64,000 nucleotides of DNA, from contig JAAOMT010000003.1 in the NCBI GenBank assembly GCA_016748015.1, positions 376,373 to 440,372 on the forward strand, in the 5' to 3' direction. Source of the stretch: Geosiphon pyriformis uo1 (Eukaryota > Fungi > Glomeromycota). The position numbers and the translations under genes are program-made. Within the stretch, counting starts at the first letter, position 1; each line of letters starts with the position of its first letter. The notes beneath the pieces were generated by a model. The model saw only the letters and a list, made by a program, of their open reading frames with translations. It was not told the DNA's origin and did not search any database. Positions 35,142 to 47,308 of this stretch are shown here, piece after piece.

Positions 35142-35968
35142 TATTACAGGTGTGTTGATAATTATTGAAGTAAATAACAAATCTGTAATTTGGTGCTCGA
35201 AGCTGTTTGTCGATGATAGAAATCTGAAGGTGTGTTTATCTGAAGGTTTTGGTTGAGTCCTTTGTATAATAGACAGAGATTCAGTGGTAATAGTTTTATC
35301 CATAGCTTCCCAAAACAGCAGTTTTGTCAATTTTTTTCTCAGTGTGATGGCTGGTGTTTCTCCTGATAAGCTAACCTTAATCGAGTGTCCTACTCTTATT
35401 TCTGGGTTTTTTACTAGTGCTATATCCTAACATCAGTACTCTACACATTAATTCTCAATAGAATTAGTAATAACAACAATTAAGACAAGAAAATAAAAAA
35501 AATAACATAAAAAAATAAGCCAAGGCAATAAACAAGTTAGTATCCTGTCAATAGCTGTGATTAAGAGCTATTGTTCCAGCATGGTTAATTATCAATTACT
35601 ATCAACATAAAGTGTTAATAGTGGAGAGTGGATTTGGATGATGAATGATTTATTTATTTAATATTTGTGAATAGAAAATTTCTAATTAAAAGATTCTGCT
35701 TTTTCTACTTCTAATGCTATTACTATATATACATAATTGATGTTCTATGAAATTGCTCATATTTCCAAGTGATGTGCTATGATTTCTTGAACAATGCTCA
35801 CATTGTTGAGCAATATGCTCTAATTTTCTAATATTGCTCCACATTGCTGAGCAATGTGCTGTGTTTTCTGACATTGCTCCATATTGCTGAGCAATGTGCT
35901 TACATGCTAAATATTATTCTCTTATTGGTCTGCTATTTTTTATATCTGTTTTCTTTTTATGAGTAACA
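35142..35968 (-). repeat. 3' LTR of LTR-2 (827 bp)
   Basis: First ~213 bp repeat 55357-55569; ends GAGTAACA next to the PPT; ~40-bp tandem units with palindromic CACATTGCTGAGCAATGTG at 35790-35900. Confidence 0.88.
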
Positions 35969-35981
35969 TTATCTCTTTCTT

Positions 35982-36617
35982 TTAATATTGAGCTTTGTCA
36001 AAATTTTCATTTTAAATTAATTTTAATACTTCTTTTTCAAGTATTGTTTGTTTGACTCTGTTTTTTACATTTTTTACTTGTGTATTGTTTATTCTTCCCC
36101 ATTGGTTAATGGTTATGGTTTCCATGTCAGAGTGTAACAGTATTTCTGAATAGTTCTGAAATATGTTATGTAATTGGTACATTGTTTTAACATGTGGTGT
36201 TGAATTAGTTTTCTTTCCGATAAATTTTTCAATTTGTTGTATCATGTCTTGGTTGAATATTCTCTTGGATTTGTCAATATACAACTCCTGAATATTCAAT
36301 TTTTGACTTAATTGGTAGTAGCAATATGATATTAGAAGTTGTTCTGTCCATTGCTTCCAATTTTCTTTTGTAAGTTTTTCTGTTGGTGCCATAATAGGTA
36401 TTTTTCCAAAAGTGTTCTTCACTTTTTCTATTAAGTTATCTGTCCAGTTTTTATTATTCTTTGGTGGCCACTGATATAGTGTATTCTTTGTCTTTCTTTT
36501 TGTGTTTCGATAGCAAATTGTTTGGTTGTTGATGACAATTTTCATGTCTAACTGTTGTTGACTTAGTGCCTAAGACAGTTGTTGAGCTATGTTGTGAATA
36601 TGATCTGATATTTCCAT
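35982..36617 (-). pseudogene. LTR-2 ORF3, unknown ~211-aa protein
   Basis: MEISDHIHNIAQQL...YCYYQL...NFDKAQY* in one frame with two internal stops; homologous to ORF3 of LTR-3 and LTR-4. Confidence 0.75.
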
Positions 36618-36672
36618 TTTTTTTGGTTGCTTTTGTCATGTGTACTGTGTCTTTATATACTCTTTTGGTTGT

Positions 36673-38054
36673 TTAATTCAATATGTTTGGTTCAATAACT
36701 ATAATTGGTTCCAGATCTCATGGAATCTCATCTGGTTGAACTATTATTCTTTGTACTTCCAACTGTGGAATGATATTGGTGGATGATGATGCTATCTGGT
36801 AATATGGTTTTAGTTGATCACCATGTGTTGCTTTGGCTAAGATTTTGTTGTTTCATCTTAATTTATAAGCTCCATTTCCTAGAATTTCTTCTATGTAAAA
36901 TAGTCTGTCCCATTTGGGGTCGAATTTTCCACTCCATTGTTTTTCCGCTTTGGTACAATGTAGCAGTACTTTGTTTCCAATCTTGAATTCAACTGGTTTG
37001 TCTGGTAGTTAATTATCATGTCTTTTTTTCTGTCTTTTTTGTGCCTTCTAAATGTTATCAGCTGCTTTTCGCCATTTATTTTCTAATGTTTCCATTAAGT
37101 CATATGTTTTTTTTAGCAACATTTTCTGAAAATTGTCTTCAGTTATTGGTTTTGTTAGATAAGTAGTGACTTCTATCTCAATTGGTAATGTTGCTGTTCT
37201 ACCATATACTAATTCAAATGGTGTTGTTTGTGTAGTGTCTTGCTTTATTGTCTAATAAGCAAATAATACTGATGGTATGAACAAATCCCATTCATTCTGA
37301 TTTTCTTGACTGATCTTGGCGATTGCTTTATACAATGTTTTGTTAAACCTCTCAACTAACTCATTTGTTTGTGAATGATATGGTGATGATAATAGTCTTT
37401 TGATTCCAAATTTTTGACTTAATTCTGCTAATGTTCTGTTCACAAAGTGAGTTCCTTGATCTGATAATAGTTCTTTTGGACATCCATGTCAACAAATCAA
37501 ATCTTGATAAACAAATTCGGCAACAAATTCTGCATCCGTTCTTTGAATTGCTTTTGCTTTTGGTCATTTAGTAAGATAATCCATGGCTACTGCAATATAT
37601 CTGTTGTCTCTGCTAGTTATTATTAATAGTTTAACTAAGTCAATTCCAATATGATTAAATGGTTGTCCCACTTTAATTGGTCTTAATAGTTTACTGGGTT
37701 TTGTTCCATCTCTTTTCTGACAAGCATTACAATTCTGAACATATTGAATGATATCTGGATACATTGATGGCCAATAGTATTTTTTTCTGGTTCTTTTTAT
37801 GGTTGCTTCTTTATGAAAATATTCTGCTGTTGGATCTGAATACATGTTGAATAATATTGTCTCTTTCTCTGGTTTTGTGATGACTTTTATTGGTTGATTT
37901 GGATTTTTTCTGTTTTTCTGATAAAGTATATTTTTATAATTGATAAAATGTTTTAATTGTTGTTTGATATTATTTCGCTTATTTTGAGATAATTCTCCTT
38001 GAACTGTTAAGTATTTATATAATATTGTAGTTGTTGATATTTTTGTATGTTCAT
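36673..38054 (-). pseudogene. LTR-2 integrase (HHCC, DDE, GPY/F), separate ORF
   Basis: YYWPSMY...CNAC, IGIDLV, SDQGTHF, NELVERFN, KWDRLFY; begins ATG AAC ATA CAA AAA TAT after the RNase H stop. Confidence 0.85.
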
Positions 38055-39427
38055 CTTTTGTTATATTTTCATTGAGTTTGTTCTGGTTTTGTTATATTTT
38101 TATGTTGAGATGTTTTTAGATTTGTCTCATTTGTGACAAACCATCAGTATTTCCATTGTCTTTTCTCTTTTTATAATATATAGTGTAAGTATATGGTGTT
38201 ACTGGAGGTTTTTGGTCTCTTCTTAACTTTTGTATGTTTGTTGTGGTGCTGTTAATTCATGACTATAGGAAGTGTTTAAACCTCCGATAACTGAATTTTA
38301 TCTTCAAATTATCTCTTATAATTTGAACTGCTGGGCTTATAAGTGGAATGGCCAATTCTATGCCAGTTGCTTCATGTAGTTATGTTGTAGTAAACGTTGT
38401 TACCAGACAAAATTAGAGATATTGTTTAGCATAAAATTACTCTTATAAATCTTATCATCAATTAGCGTATATTATCATTTGAAATTATCACTTATTACAT
38501 TAGCAAAATATCTGAAATTATCATTTAATTAATAACCCAATTTGTACATAACACAAATGTAACCTAATTGCAATGATCAATCATGCAATACCCCGAACTA
38601 TGTAACATTCAAAAAGTTCGCCAAAATTTGTAAGAAATTCGCCGAAATAATTGATAGTTTGCCGAAATATCTAATAGTTCGCAGAAATAACTTGTAGTTT
38701 GCCAAAATGTATCTTTAGTTCAGCAAAATTATAGAAAATAGCAAAGTTCAAGTTCATAGAATAGTGTTACAACAAGTTGTATAAAAGAAGAGCTTCTCTC
38801 TTTGAGAAAATATATCTTACTTCAGATTTAAACAATTAGAATAATCCTTTACACCCAAAAGATAAATAAATATCAAATAATTCGAAAAGCCAAATTCTTA
38901 AATTATTTCCCTTGAAATTAACCAATTTCTACTAACAGTTTGAAATTGACTAGCTACTAATTTCAGTAAACTGTTAAAGCACTTCCAGGCCTGGATCTGA
39001 AACGATTTCCATAAATCAGTTTTTTTACTTTTCTTTTACATTTCTTTTGTTTTTTTTCTTTTCTTATTACAATCATTAAAGTAGCCTACAGATGAGATTC
39101 CTGTAAAAGAGTTAACTTTTACAGCAAAGTAACTACACATATTTTGTGAGCTTCCAGATGAGCAATTCTTAAGAAAGAGTTGATGTTTACTACAACATAA
39201 CTATACAAAGTAATGAGCACAGAATTGGCCATTCCACTTATAAGCCCAGCAGTTCAAATTATAGAAGATAATTTGAAGATAAAATTCAGTTACTGGAGGT
39301 TCAACCACATCCAGAAAACGTGAATTTACAGCAAACAGGCATCAACAATATTGAAAAAAAAAAACCAAAAACCTCCAGTAACATTTGGTGCTCTTCCACG
39401 GAAACAACACAGCAAAACAACTTCAAA

Positions 39428-42400
39428 GTGGCAACCACACCAGATGCAACAACTCTAGAGTATTACCAATCAATTTACACTCACTGCAAGTAAAGATTCA
39501 ACATTCCAGACGGAATTGAAGTTGTCAAGAAATCAGTATACCAATATATTGAAAACCACATCAACAATTATTTTTTTGGAAATTACAATATCTCAGAAGT
39601 TAGAAGCAACTTTTACAACAATTTAGCACACTATTTACAGTTGGGAACTGAAAACCTTAACAGCAAAACACTTGCCACTTACTTTCAAGAACTTAATTTT
39701 AACATTATCAAGTACTGTGAAGAAACATATCTAGTGCAGTCTCAATACTCTATTGATTTTGAATCAAAGACAGAAACAAGCAACAAAGGCAAACACAAAT
39801 TGAAGCAATACTCAAAAACCACCCCAAATACTCCAATACTACCAAAAACAACTGTCAAACACTTACAAACACCTGAACAAGGAACCAGTTCAAAACTTCC
39901 ACTTACCATCACACCTTTTCTAGCTTTACTTGCACTAGCACAAACACCTAATTCACCCTTAAATCAATTTGCAACACTAGAAGATTTTACATCACCCAGA
40001 AGTCTCACCAGACAACAAAAATCCTTTCAAACTAGCTCTAATCTTCTTGATTTTCTAGCTGAAAATCAAAGTGAACACTCTGAGACAGCAGCAAATGAAA
40101 AAAACGACTCTGAAATAACTGAAGAAGAATCAATAGACAGTGAAAACGAAGAAAACAAAATGACAGCATACATTGCAAAAATCCCTGAATTTAATAGAGA
40201 AGACATTAAGACCAGTCCCCAAGAATGGCTCGACCAAATTATTAAAGCTGGAGATGCAAATGGATGGAATGCTGCCAGAATGTTAAAAACAATTCCCTAC
40301 TTTCTCAAAAGAACAGCAGGAGAATGGTTTGAAAATTTGGCTACTCCATTTAATAATTGGAACGCTTTCAAAGCAGCCTTCCTTGAACAGTTTACTGACA
40401 ATAATACCTCCATCACCCTTTGAAATCATTTTCACAATATTAAACAAGAACCCTCTGAATCTGTTATGACTTATATTGAGAAATTCAACAAACTTCTCAG
40501 ATGAATTTGCCAACTTGAAACTAATGATTATTATTTCGATGCTCAAATCTTGGATCAATTTGTCGCTGGTTTAAAGGATAAACTGATTAAAAAAGTTCAC
40601 CCACATGTCCCAGAAGATTTAAACTCTGTTATTCAGTATGCAAAGAGATATGAAATAGCCATGGAAGAAGCCAATCGTACAAAACTCGTGAACTTAGCCA
40701 TTGAAGAAACCAGCTCAGCAGCTGAAGAAAAAATTGACCAACTCGCAAAGAAAGTCGAAAACTATTTCACCAACCAACAACAACAGCAACCCCAAAGATA
40801 TCAACCACTCCAAAGACAAAATCAAAACAACTTTACATCACTCTTTAATAACCAGCCTCAGAGTTGCCATTACTGTGGAATTCTTGGCCACTGGAAAAGA
40901 GATTGCAGAAAGCTACAACAAAACCAACAAAATAAGAGTAATCAATGTTACCTTCCACCACAGCAATCTTATTATCAACTACCACCACCAGCTTACTATT
41001 CACCAAGACCCCAATATCAAAGTAACTATTATCAGCCTGCCCTACAGCCAATTCAACAGCAATACCAACAACCATCCACACAACATTATCAAGTGCCTGC
41101 TCGAAGATTAATCTTGCAAAATCAATTTACACCACAAAATCAATACCAAGTAAACAACAATAGAATCAATTCAAACAACCAATTAGTTCTCCAAAATCCA
41201 GTTCAGCCAAGACCTACTCATTATCATACTCAATCCAGTTATTTAACAATGCCAAAAGAACAGGATTTTCACCATACTGCACCCTCAGAAGGTAGAGCTG
41301 CAGCACAACAACAAAACCTTTCTTATACTTCCACCATAATCCCACCAGCCAGAATCGCTGAAAACGCCAACCTTTCAGATATATTCCCTTTTGAGTTCGA
41401 AACAAATGAATCACCATTCCTGCTTAGCAATGCAGCCGCCAATAAACAAAAAGCAATCACGGCTATGTACACTGAAGCAGAAGTCAAAGAAAAGACAATT
41501 TGCTTGATTCTAGACAATAAATCTATCGGAAGCATTATTACCTACCAGTTAATGCAACAGTTAAAGAGAAATGTCGACCAACCAGCTCAAACAGTAATCA
41601 TTACTGCTGATGGCATGAAAAAGATTCCAGTAAGAGAAATTGACAATTTTCTATTCACACTTGATGGAATCACCATTCCAGTCAAAGTTCTTGTAATGGA
41701 TGCACCCCAGTACCAAGCTCTTGTTGGAAATAATTGGCTTCAAAAAGCCAATGCTAATCTGAATTGGAAGACACAAGAGTTAACAATCTTCTACCAAGGA
41801 CAACACGCCCGGGTACCTGCCATTTGTGGTACATTCAACAAACACTCCAAAAAAGCCCCGGCTTTTGAATTTGAACCAGAAAAAGAAAAGCCCATCATTG
41901 AAACATTTATGGCACTTAGATCAATCTCCAATTGGGCCAATGAAACTAAACAACAGTACTTTTCAACAAATGATTCTCTTGAAACAGAAGAACCAGTGAC
42001 AACCGGATGGAATGTTCCCTATTCAAAACCAGAACCACGAAAACAACGCCCCTACATCCCACTCAAATGCAAGGACTGCCACAAAAAACTCTCCTCAATG
42101 GGAGCCTGCATTTCACCTGAGGAAGAATATGAAAATCATACTTGTTATTACTGCAAGGCTTGCCATAGAAAACAATAGGGCCATCTAATAAAAAGAAGCG
42201 GAAAATGGGATAACACCCCTTGTTTGACTTGTAGAGATATGCTACCAGAAGAATGCAATTGGATTAATGTAGCAATAAGAGGAGGAGTCTGCGATCAGAC
42301 CTGCCAATATGCTTTATCAATTTCAGAAAAAGTAAAAAGAGAAACACCCTTTGATGCAGCATACAACAGTGCTCTCAACAAACTGTACTATTACCTTCAT

Positions 42401-45053
42401 GATGCCAAAATGATTTTCGACCTAGCAATGGCTTTAATTAATGGAGCCACTTAAAAAAATGTTCGTCAAATGAAAGAATTAGAATACATTGCATACACCT
42501 TTGAAATTGCTGGATACAACTATAAAAATGAAGTAGAAGTATATCACCAAATTGCCAGTCACACTTACTCGACCAAAGAAGCTCAAGCTCAATGGCTAGA
42601 GCAAATAAATGTTAAATTGTGTGAAGAATGCATAATGCCCTGCAATGAGCAATGGTGCCCTGAATGCTATGCTCTTAGCATTCCTCTGCCCAGTGAAAAC
42701 GATAAAAACAAAATTGAATTTGAAGAACCTGAAGCAACAGAAAAAATTGAAACAACACCCATCTATCTTATCAAAAATCAGTCTGCCTTACAACTCAAAT
42801 ACTTTAACAACAACGGACAAAGAATAAAACCCAAAAAAGCACATGAAATTGATGCTGGATATGACCTAAGATATCCAGACAAAGATACTCTTGTTCTCAA
42901 ACCCAAATCTCTCACAAAAATCAACCTCAAAATTGCACTCGAAATCCCACCAGAAGCAATGGTTCAAATTGCCTTCCAGTCCTCTCTGGCAAGCAAAGGA
43001 ATCAATGTCAGAGGAGAAATAATCAATGCTGGATATACTAGAGACATTACAGTAATGCTTCAAAATGAAACTGACAAACCATTCAAGATTGAACATGCTG
43101 AAAAAATTGTCCAAGCTATTTACCTATTCCTAATCAACATTTTGGGTTTGCAACTAGTCAATCAAAAAAAACAATTAGGAAAAAGCGATAGAGGAACCCA
43201 AGGTTTTGGTTCAACTGGACAATTCACAGTTCCAGTTAATATAGTTCTTAATACACAGAACAAATCCCACCAGATTCTCAGACTTCCACAACCAATTACC
43301 ATTTCACCCTTTGGAAAACATCCAGAAATCTACACCTGCCCAAAGCCAACAACCACACAACAAATTTTTGAGTCCAATGAACAAGTCTGCTTGGAACATA
43401 ATATTTTGATCCCAAACATTTATATTTCAGAAGGAACAAAAAAAGTCCGAGTTACTTTTTACAATCCCAACAATTACCCCATAGTTTTATTAAATAACTT
43501 AAAAATTAGAGTCATTTACAGTAACATTTTTCAACAAGAACTACTCCAGACAGTTTCCAATTTTTCAGAAATCATTGGACATTTACTACCAAAAATCAAC
43601 CCAAACCCTAGCTCTGAAAACTACCATGTTGTCATGGAAAAACTATCTCGAATCAATATAGGACAACTTGAACCACAACAACAAAACCAGTTCAAAGAGC
43701 TAATTGCAGAATTTGCTAATATTTTTGCTGAAAACAACAATGACTTAGGAAGAACCAATTTGGCCCAACACTAAATTTATACAGGAGATGTCAAACCAAA
43801 AAGACAACAAGCATATTGAGTTGCTCCAGAAAGTCACCAATTCATCTAAGAAGAAGTACAACAAATGCTTAACAATGGGCTCATCCAACCCTCCATGAAT
43901 CCTTGGGCTTCACCTGTAGTGCTAGTTAAAAAGAAAAATGGAAAGATACAATTTTGTGTTGACTATCGACAACTCAACAGTATTACAATTGGAGATGCCT
44001 ACTCCCTTGCCCAAATTGATGACATGTTAAATGCCCTTGGAAAATCCAAATACTTTTCAACACTAGATTTAAAAAGTGGTTACTGGCAAGTTGCTATGGA
44101 TCCCAAAGATTGTCCCAAAACAGCATTCACCACCCAAAGTAGAAATTACGAGTTCAATGTAATGTCTTTTGAATTATGTAATGCACCAGCAATATTTCAG
44201 AGATTAATAAATGTTGTGTACCAAGGACTCCTTTGGAAGTCAGTAGTCATTTATCTTGACAATACTGATGTTTATTCTTCATCATTCGAATTACACTTAA
44301 AACACTTGCGAGAAGTTTTTCAATAATTACAAAAAGCAGGACTAAAACTCAACATCAAAAAATGCTACTTTGGAAAAACAAGCTTGGCCTTCCTTGGTTA
44401 TATCGTTAGTAAAGATAGAATCAAACTGGACCCTAGAAAAATCAGCACTGTCAAAAACTTCAAAACTCCTTGAAACACTACAGAACTAAGAGGATTTATA
44501 GGGTTAGCCTCCTACTATTAGAAGTTTATCAAAGAATTCTCAGAAATCGCAAAATCTTTCAACCAGCTTACCACCAAAAACGTCAAATATGAATGGACTG
44601 CTAAATGCCAAAATGCATTAGAAATTCTCAAAAAAAAACTAATGACAGCTCCAGTTCTCGCCTACCCAGATTTCAGCAACTGATTTCGATTAGCAACAGA
44701 TGCCTCTTATACTGTCTTTGCTATTCTATCACAATTGAATGACAATAGAAATAAGCAAGTAATTGTCTATGCTAGCAGAACATTAAAACCAGTTGAGAAA
44801 AATTATCCTGCCACTGAATTGGAAACAGCAGCTGTAATTTGGGCCCTACATCATTTCAACCTTTATTTTCAGCCAAAGGAATTTGATATTATCACTGATA
44901 ATATTGGACTCAAATGGCTTCAGAACAAAAATACTCAGCTAAATGCAAAACAAACCTGATGGACAGAATTTCTAGCAACCTATTGATACATAGTACATCA
45001 CAAACCAGGAAAACTCCACACCAATGTTGACTGTCTCTCTAAAATGAAACAAG

Positions 45054-45058
<5 letters not shown>
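39428..45058 (+). pseudogene. LTR-3 single-frame Gag-PR-Cys-rich-dUTPase-RT-RNase H polyprotein
   Basis: ORFs at 39641, 40550, 42224, 42470, 43865 and 44735 all share frame 2, broken only by point stops. Motifs CHYCGILGHWKRDC, LILDNKS, AGYDL...RGTQGFGSTG, LDLKSGYWQ, YLDNT, TDAS, ELETAAV; ends LSKMKQD*. Confidence 0.92.
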
Positions 45059-45087
<29 letters not shown>

Positions 45088-45124
45088 AACACTCAACTTA
45101 ACCAACCAAAACAGCCAACAAACA

Positions 45125-46510
45125 ATAAATTCAGAAAACTACAACAATCTCAAACAATATTTGGAAACATTAACAATCCCAACAGATTGGTTTCCAGATG
45201 AAAAACATTGACTACAACAACAAGCCAAACAATATTTTCTACACAACAACATTATTTATCATTGAAATTTCAAAAACCCAAACAAACCACTCAGATTAAT
45301 ACAAGAACAGGAAAAAGAGACTATATTATACAACATATACTCAAATCCTTTATCAGCACACTTTGGAAAAGACAGCACCACTCAAAAAACACTAAAATAC
45401 TACTTTTGGCCTCGAATGAAAAAAGACATTCATGAATATGTCAAATCTTGTGATAGTTGTCAAAGAAAAAGAGGAGCATGTCCTACTGAACCATTAAACC
45501 CAATCAAAGTTGGACAGCCTTTTAACCGAGTTGGTATCAATTTAGTTGGACCACTTCCTATTACAAACCAAGGAAACCATTATATTGCAGTAGCTGTAGA
45601 CTATCTCACCAAATGGCCTGAAGCCAGAGCCATTCAACAAGCAGATGCAAAATCAGTAGCAAACTTCATCTACAAAGACATCATTTGTAGACATGGATGC
45701 TCAATAGAACTTTTATCTGATCAAGGAACACATTTCGTGAACAATTTAATCCAGGAAATTTGTGGACAATTTAATGTCAAGAGACCATTATCTTCGCCCT
45801 ACCATCCACAAACCAATAGACTTGTAGAACATTTCAACAGAATATTGTGTGAATTATTAGCCAAAGTTTCAACCAATTTTGAGCAAAAATGGAATCTTTT
45901 CATTCCATCAGTGTTACTAGCATATAGGACACAAAAACAAGATACCACAAAATACACACCATTTGATTTAACTTATGGAAGGACAGCAACATTACCAATT
46001 AGTTTTACAGTGGAAACATACCCAGCACAACCAATTGATAAAAACAATTTCCAAGAAACACTACAACAAAGAGCCTACACTCTGCTTAGCACATTGGAAG
46101 GAAAACGACAAATAGCAGCAACTCATATTGAACATTCTCAAGCTCAATAAAAAGAAAGACATGACAACAAATTACCACCTATTACCAACAAATTTAAAGT
46201 TGGAAATAAAGTTCTCTTACACAGAACTAAAGCTGAAAAACAATGGAGTGGAAAATTCAAAAATAAATGGGATGGACTATTCTTTATCCATGAAATTCTA
46301 GACAACAAATCATACAAGCTAAGACTTGATGACAAAATCCTAGCAAAAGTTGCACATAGAGATTATTTGAAACACTATAATTCCAGAAACAATTTTGAAC
46401 CATTAATTTCCCAAATTGGCACATATTCCCTTTTAATCAATTCCGAAGATATTCTCTGAAATTTAGAACCAGTAGTTGTCATTAAACAACCTCCCAACTT
46501 GAACACTTAA
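45125..46510 (+). pseudogene. LTR-3 integrase (HHCC, DDE, GPY/F-like, no chromodomain)
   Basis: YFWPRMKKDIHEYVKSCDSC, SDQGTHF, KWDGLFFIHE; N-terminus (I)NSENYNNLKQYL aligns ungapped with MNTQKYQQLQHYI of LTR-4. Confidence 0.9.
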
Positions 46511-46631
46511 TTTAAATTTATTATTATAGTTATCTTCTTATAATTTAGAAACAATCTCACAAAAACAAAACAAAAATAACATAAAAACCCATACACCAAA
46601 ATAATTTTCTTTTATTTTCAAATTTCTTATA

Positions 46632-47308
46632 ATGACTATTCCTTAAAACATTCAACAATTATCCCAAAAACTAATGTTAGCTTTAAAAACAATACCCAAA
46701 TTATTTATTACTATTACTGGAAACCACATTAATTATATCCAAACAGAAGTAGTCACAAATTTAGTCCCAAATTCACGAAAATATCACTCATATAAGAAGA
46801 ACACAAGAAGTTATTCTGGAATTCATTTACCAGAACTTTTGAAGCTTGCTTTAAGAAAAAACTTATTGTTCACTTCTATTAGTATTCCACCAAATACTAC
46901 CATTCAACAAAAACTTTAACTGTGTCTTAATGAAGAAAATGGCAAATACCCCCCAATATATAGATATTTTTATATTGGAAAAACACTTTATGAGCGAAAA
47001 CTAGAGCTTACAGCAGCAAACCTCACAAAAGAAGCTATTCGGAAACAACTCCACAATGAATTCAAGACAACAGCTGGACCTACAAACAGTCATTATAAAC
47101 TAAGAGCTGCTCTTAAACTTTATAACCTATTCCACACCTGTGAAAACGTCCTACAAAACCCAATTTTACAGCCTTTGAAGATTCAATACATTGGAAAGCT
47201 CACAGAACTGAAATTTCAACAATTTTCAGACCAAATTTCTTCAATAATTTTGGATTATTATCTGGAAATTACAGACAGTACTTGGACTTTGACAGAGTTT
47301 AGTCTTGA
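46632..47308 (+). pseudogene. LTR-3 ORF3, unknown ~225-aa protein
   Basis: MTIP*NIQQLSQKL...YRYFYIGK...AALKLYNLF...IGKLTELKF, with a likely frameshift near 47280 into DFDRV*S*. Confidence 0.72.

Noticed and set aside
35016-35330. ORF in LTR-2 U5 (also 55333-55560) as an independent gene
   Set aside because: The protein is not conserved in the sister LTR-4 LTR (local frame shifts, ACA at the ATG). Kept only as a caveat to the GUG-start hypothesis.
45057-45085. 29-A run as a retroposed poly(A) insertion
   Set aside because: No TSD; it occupies the A-rich RNase H-IN spacer, which has similar length in sister elements. Homopolymer length may also be inaccurate.
46330-46510. Chromodomain at the integrase C-terminus
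   Set aside because: IN ends shortly after the GPY/F-like region with LEPVVVI-type tails; no chromodomain motif is visible.
46632-47308. ORF3 as an envelope gene
   Set aside because: Too short, with no signal peptide, transmembrane segment or fusion-protein features.
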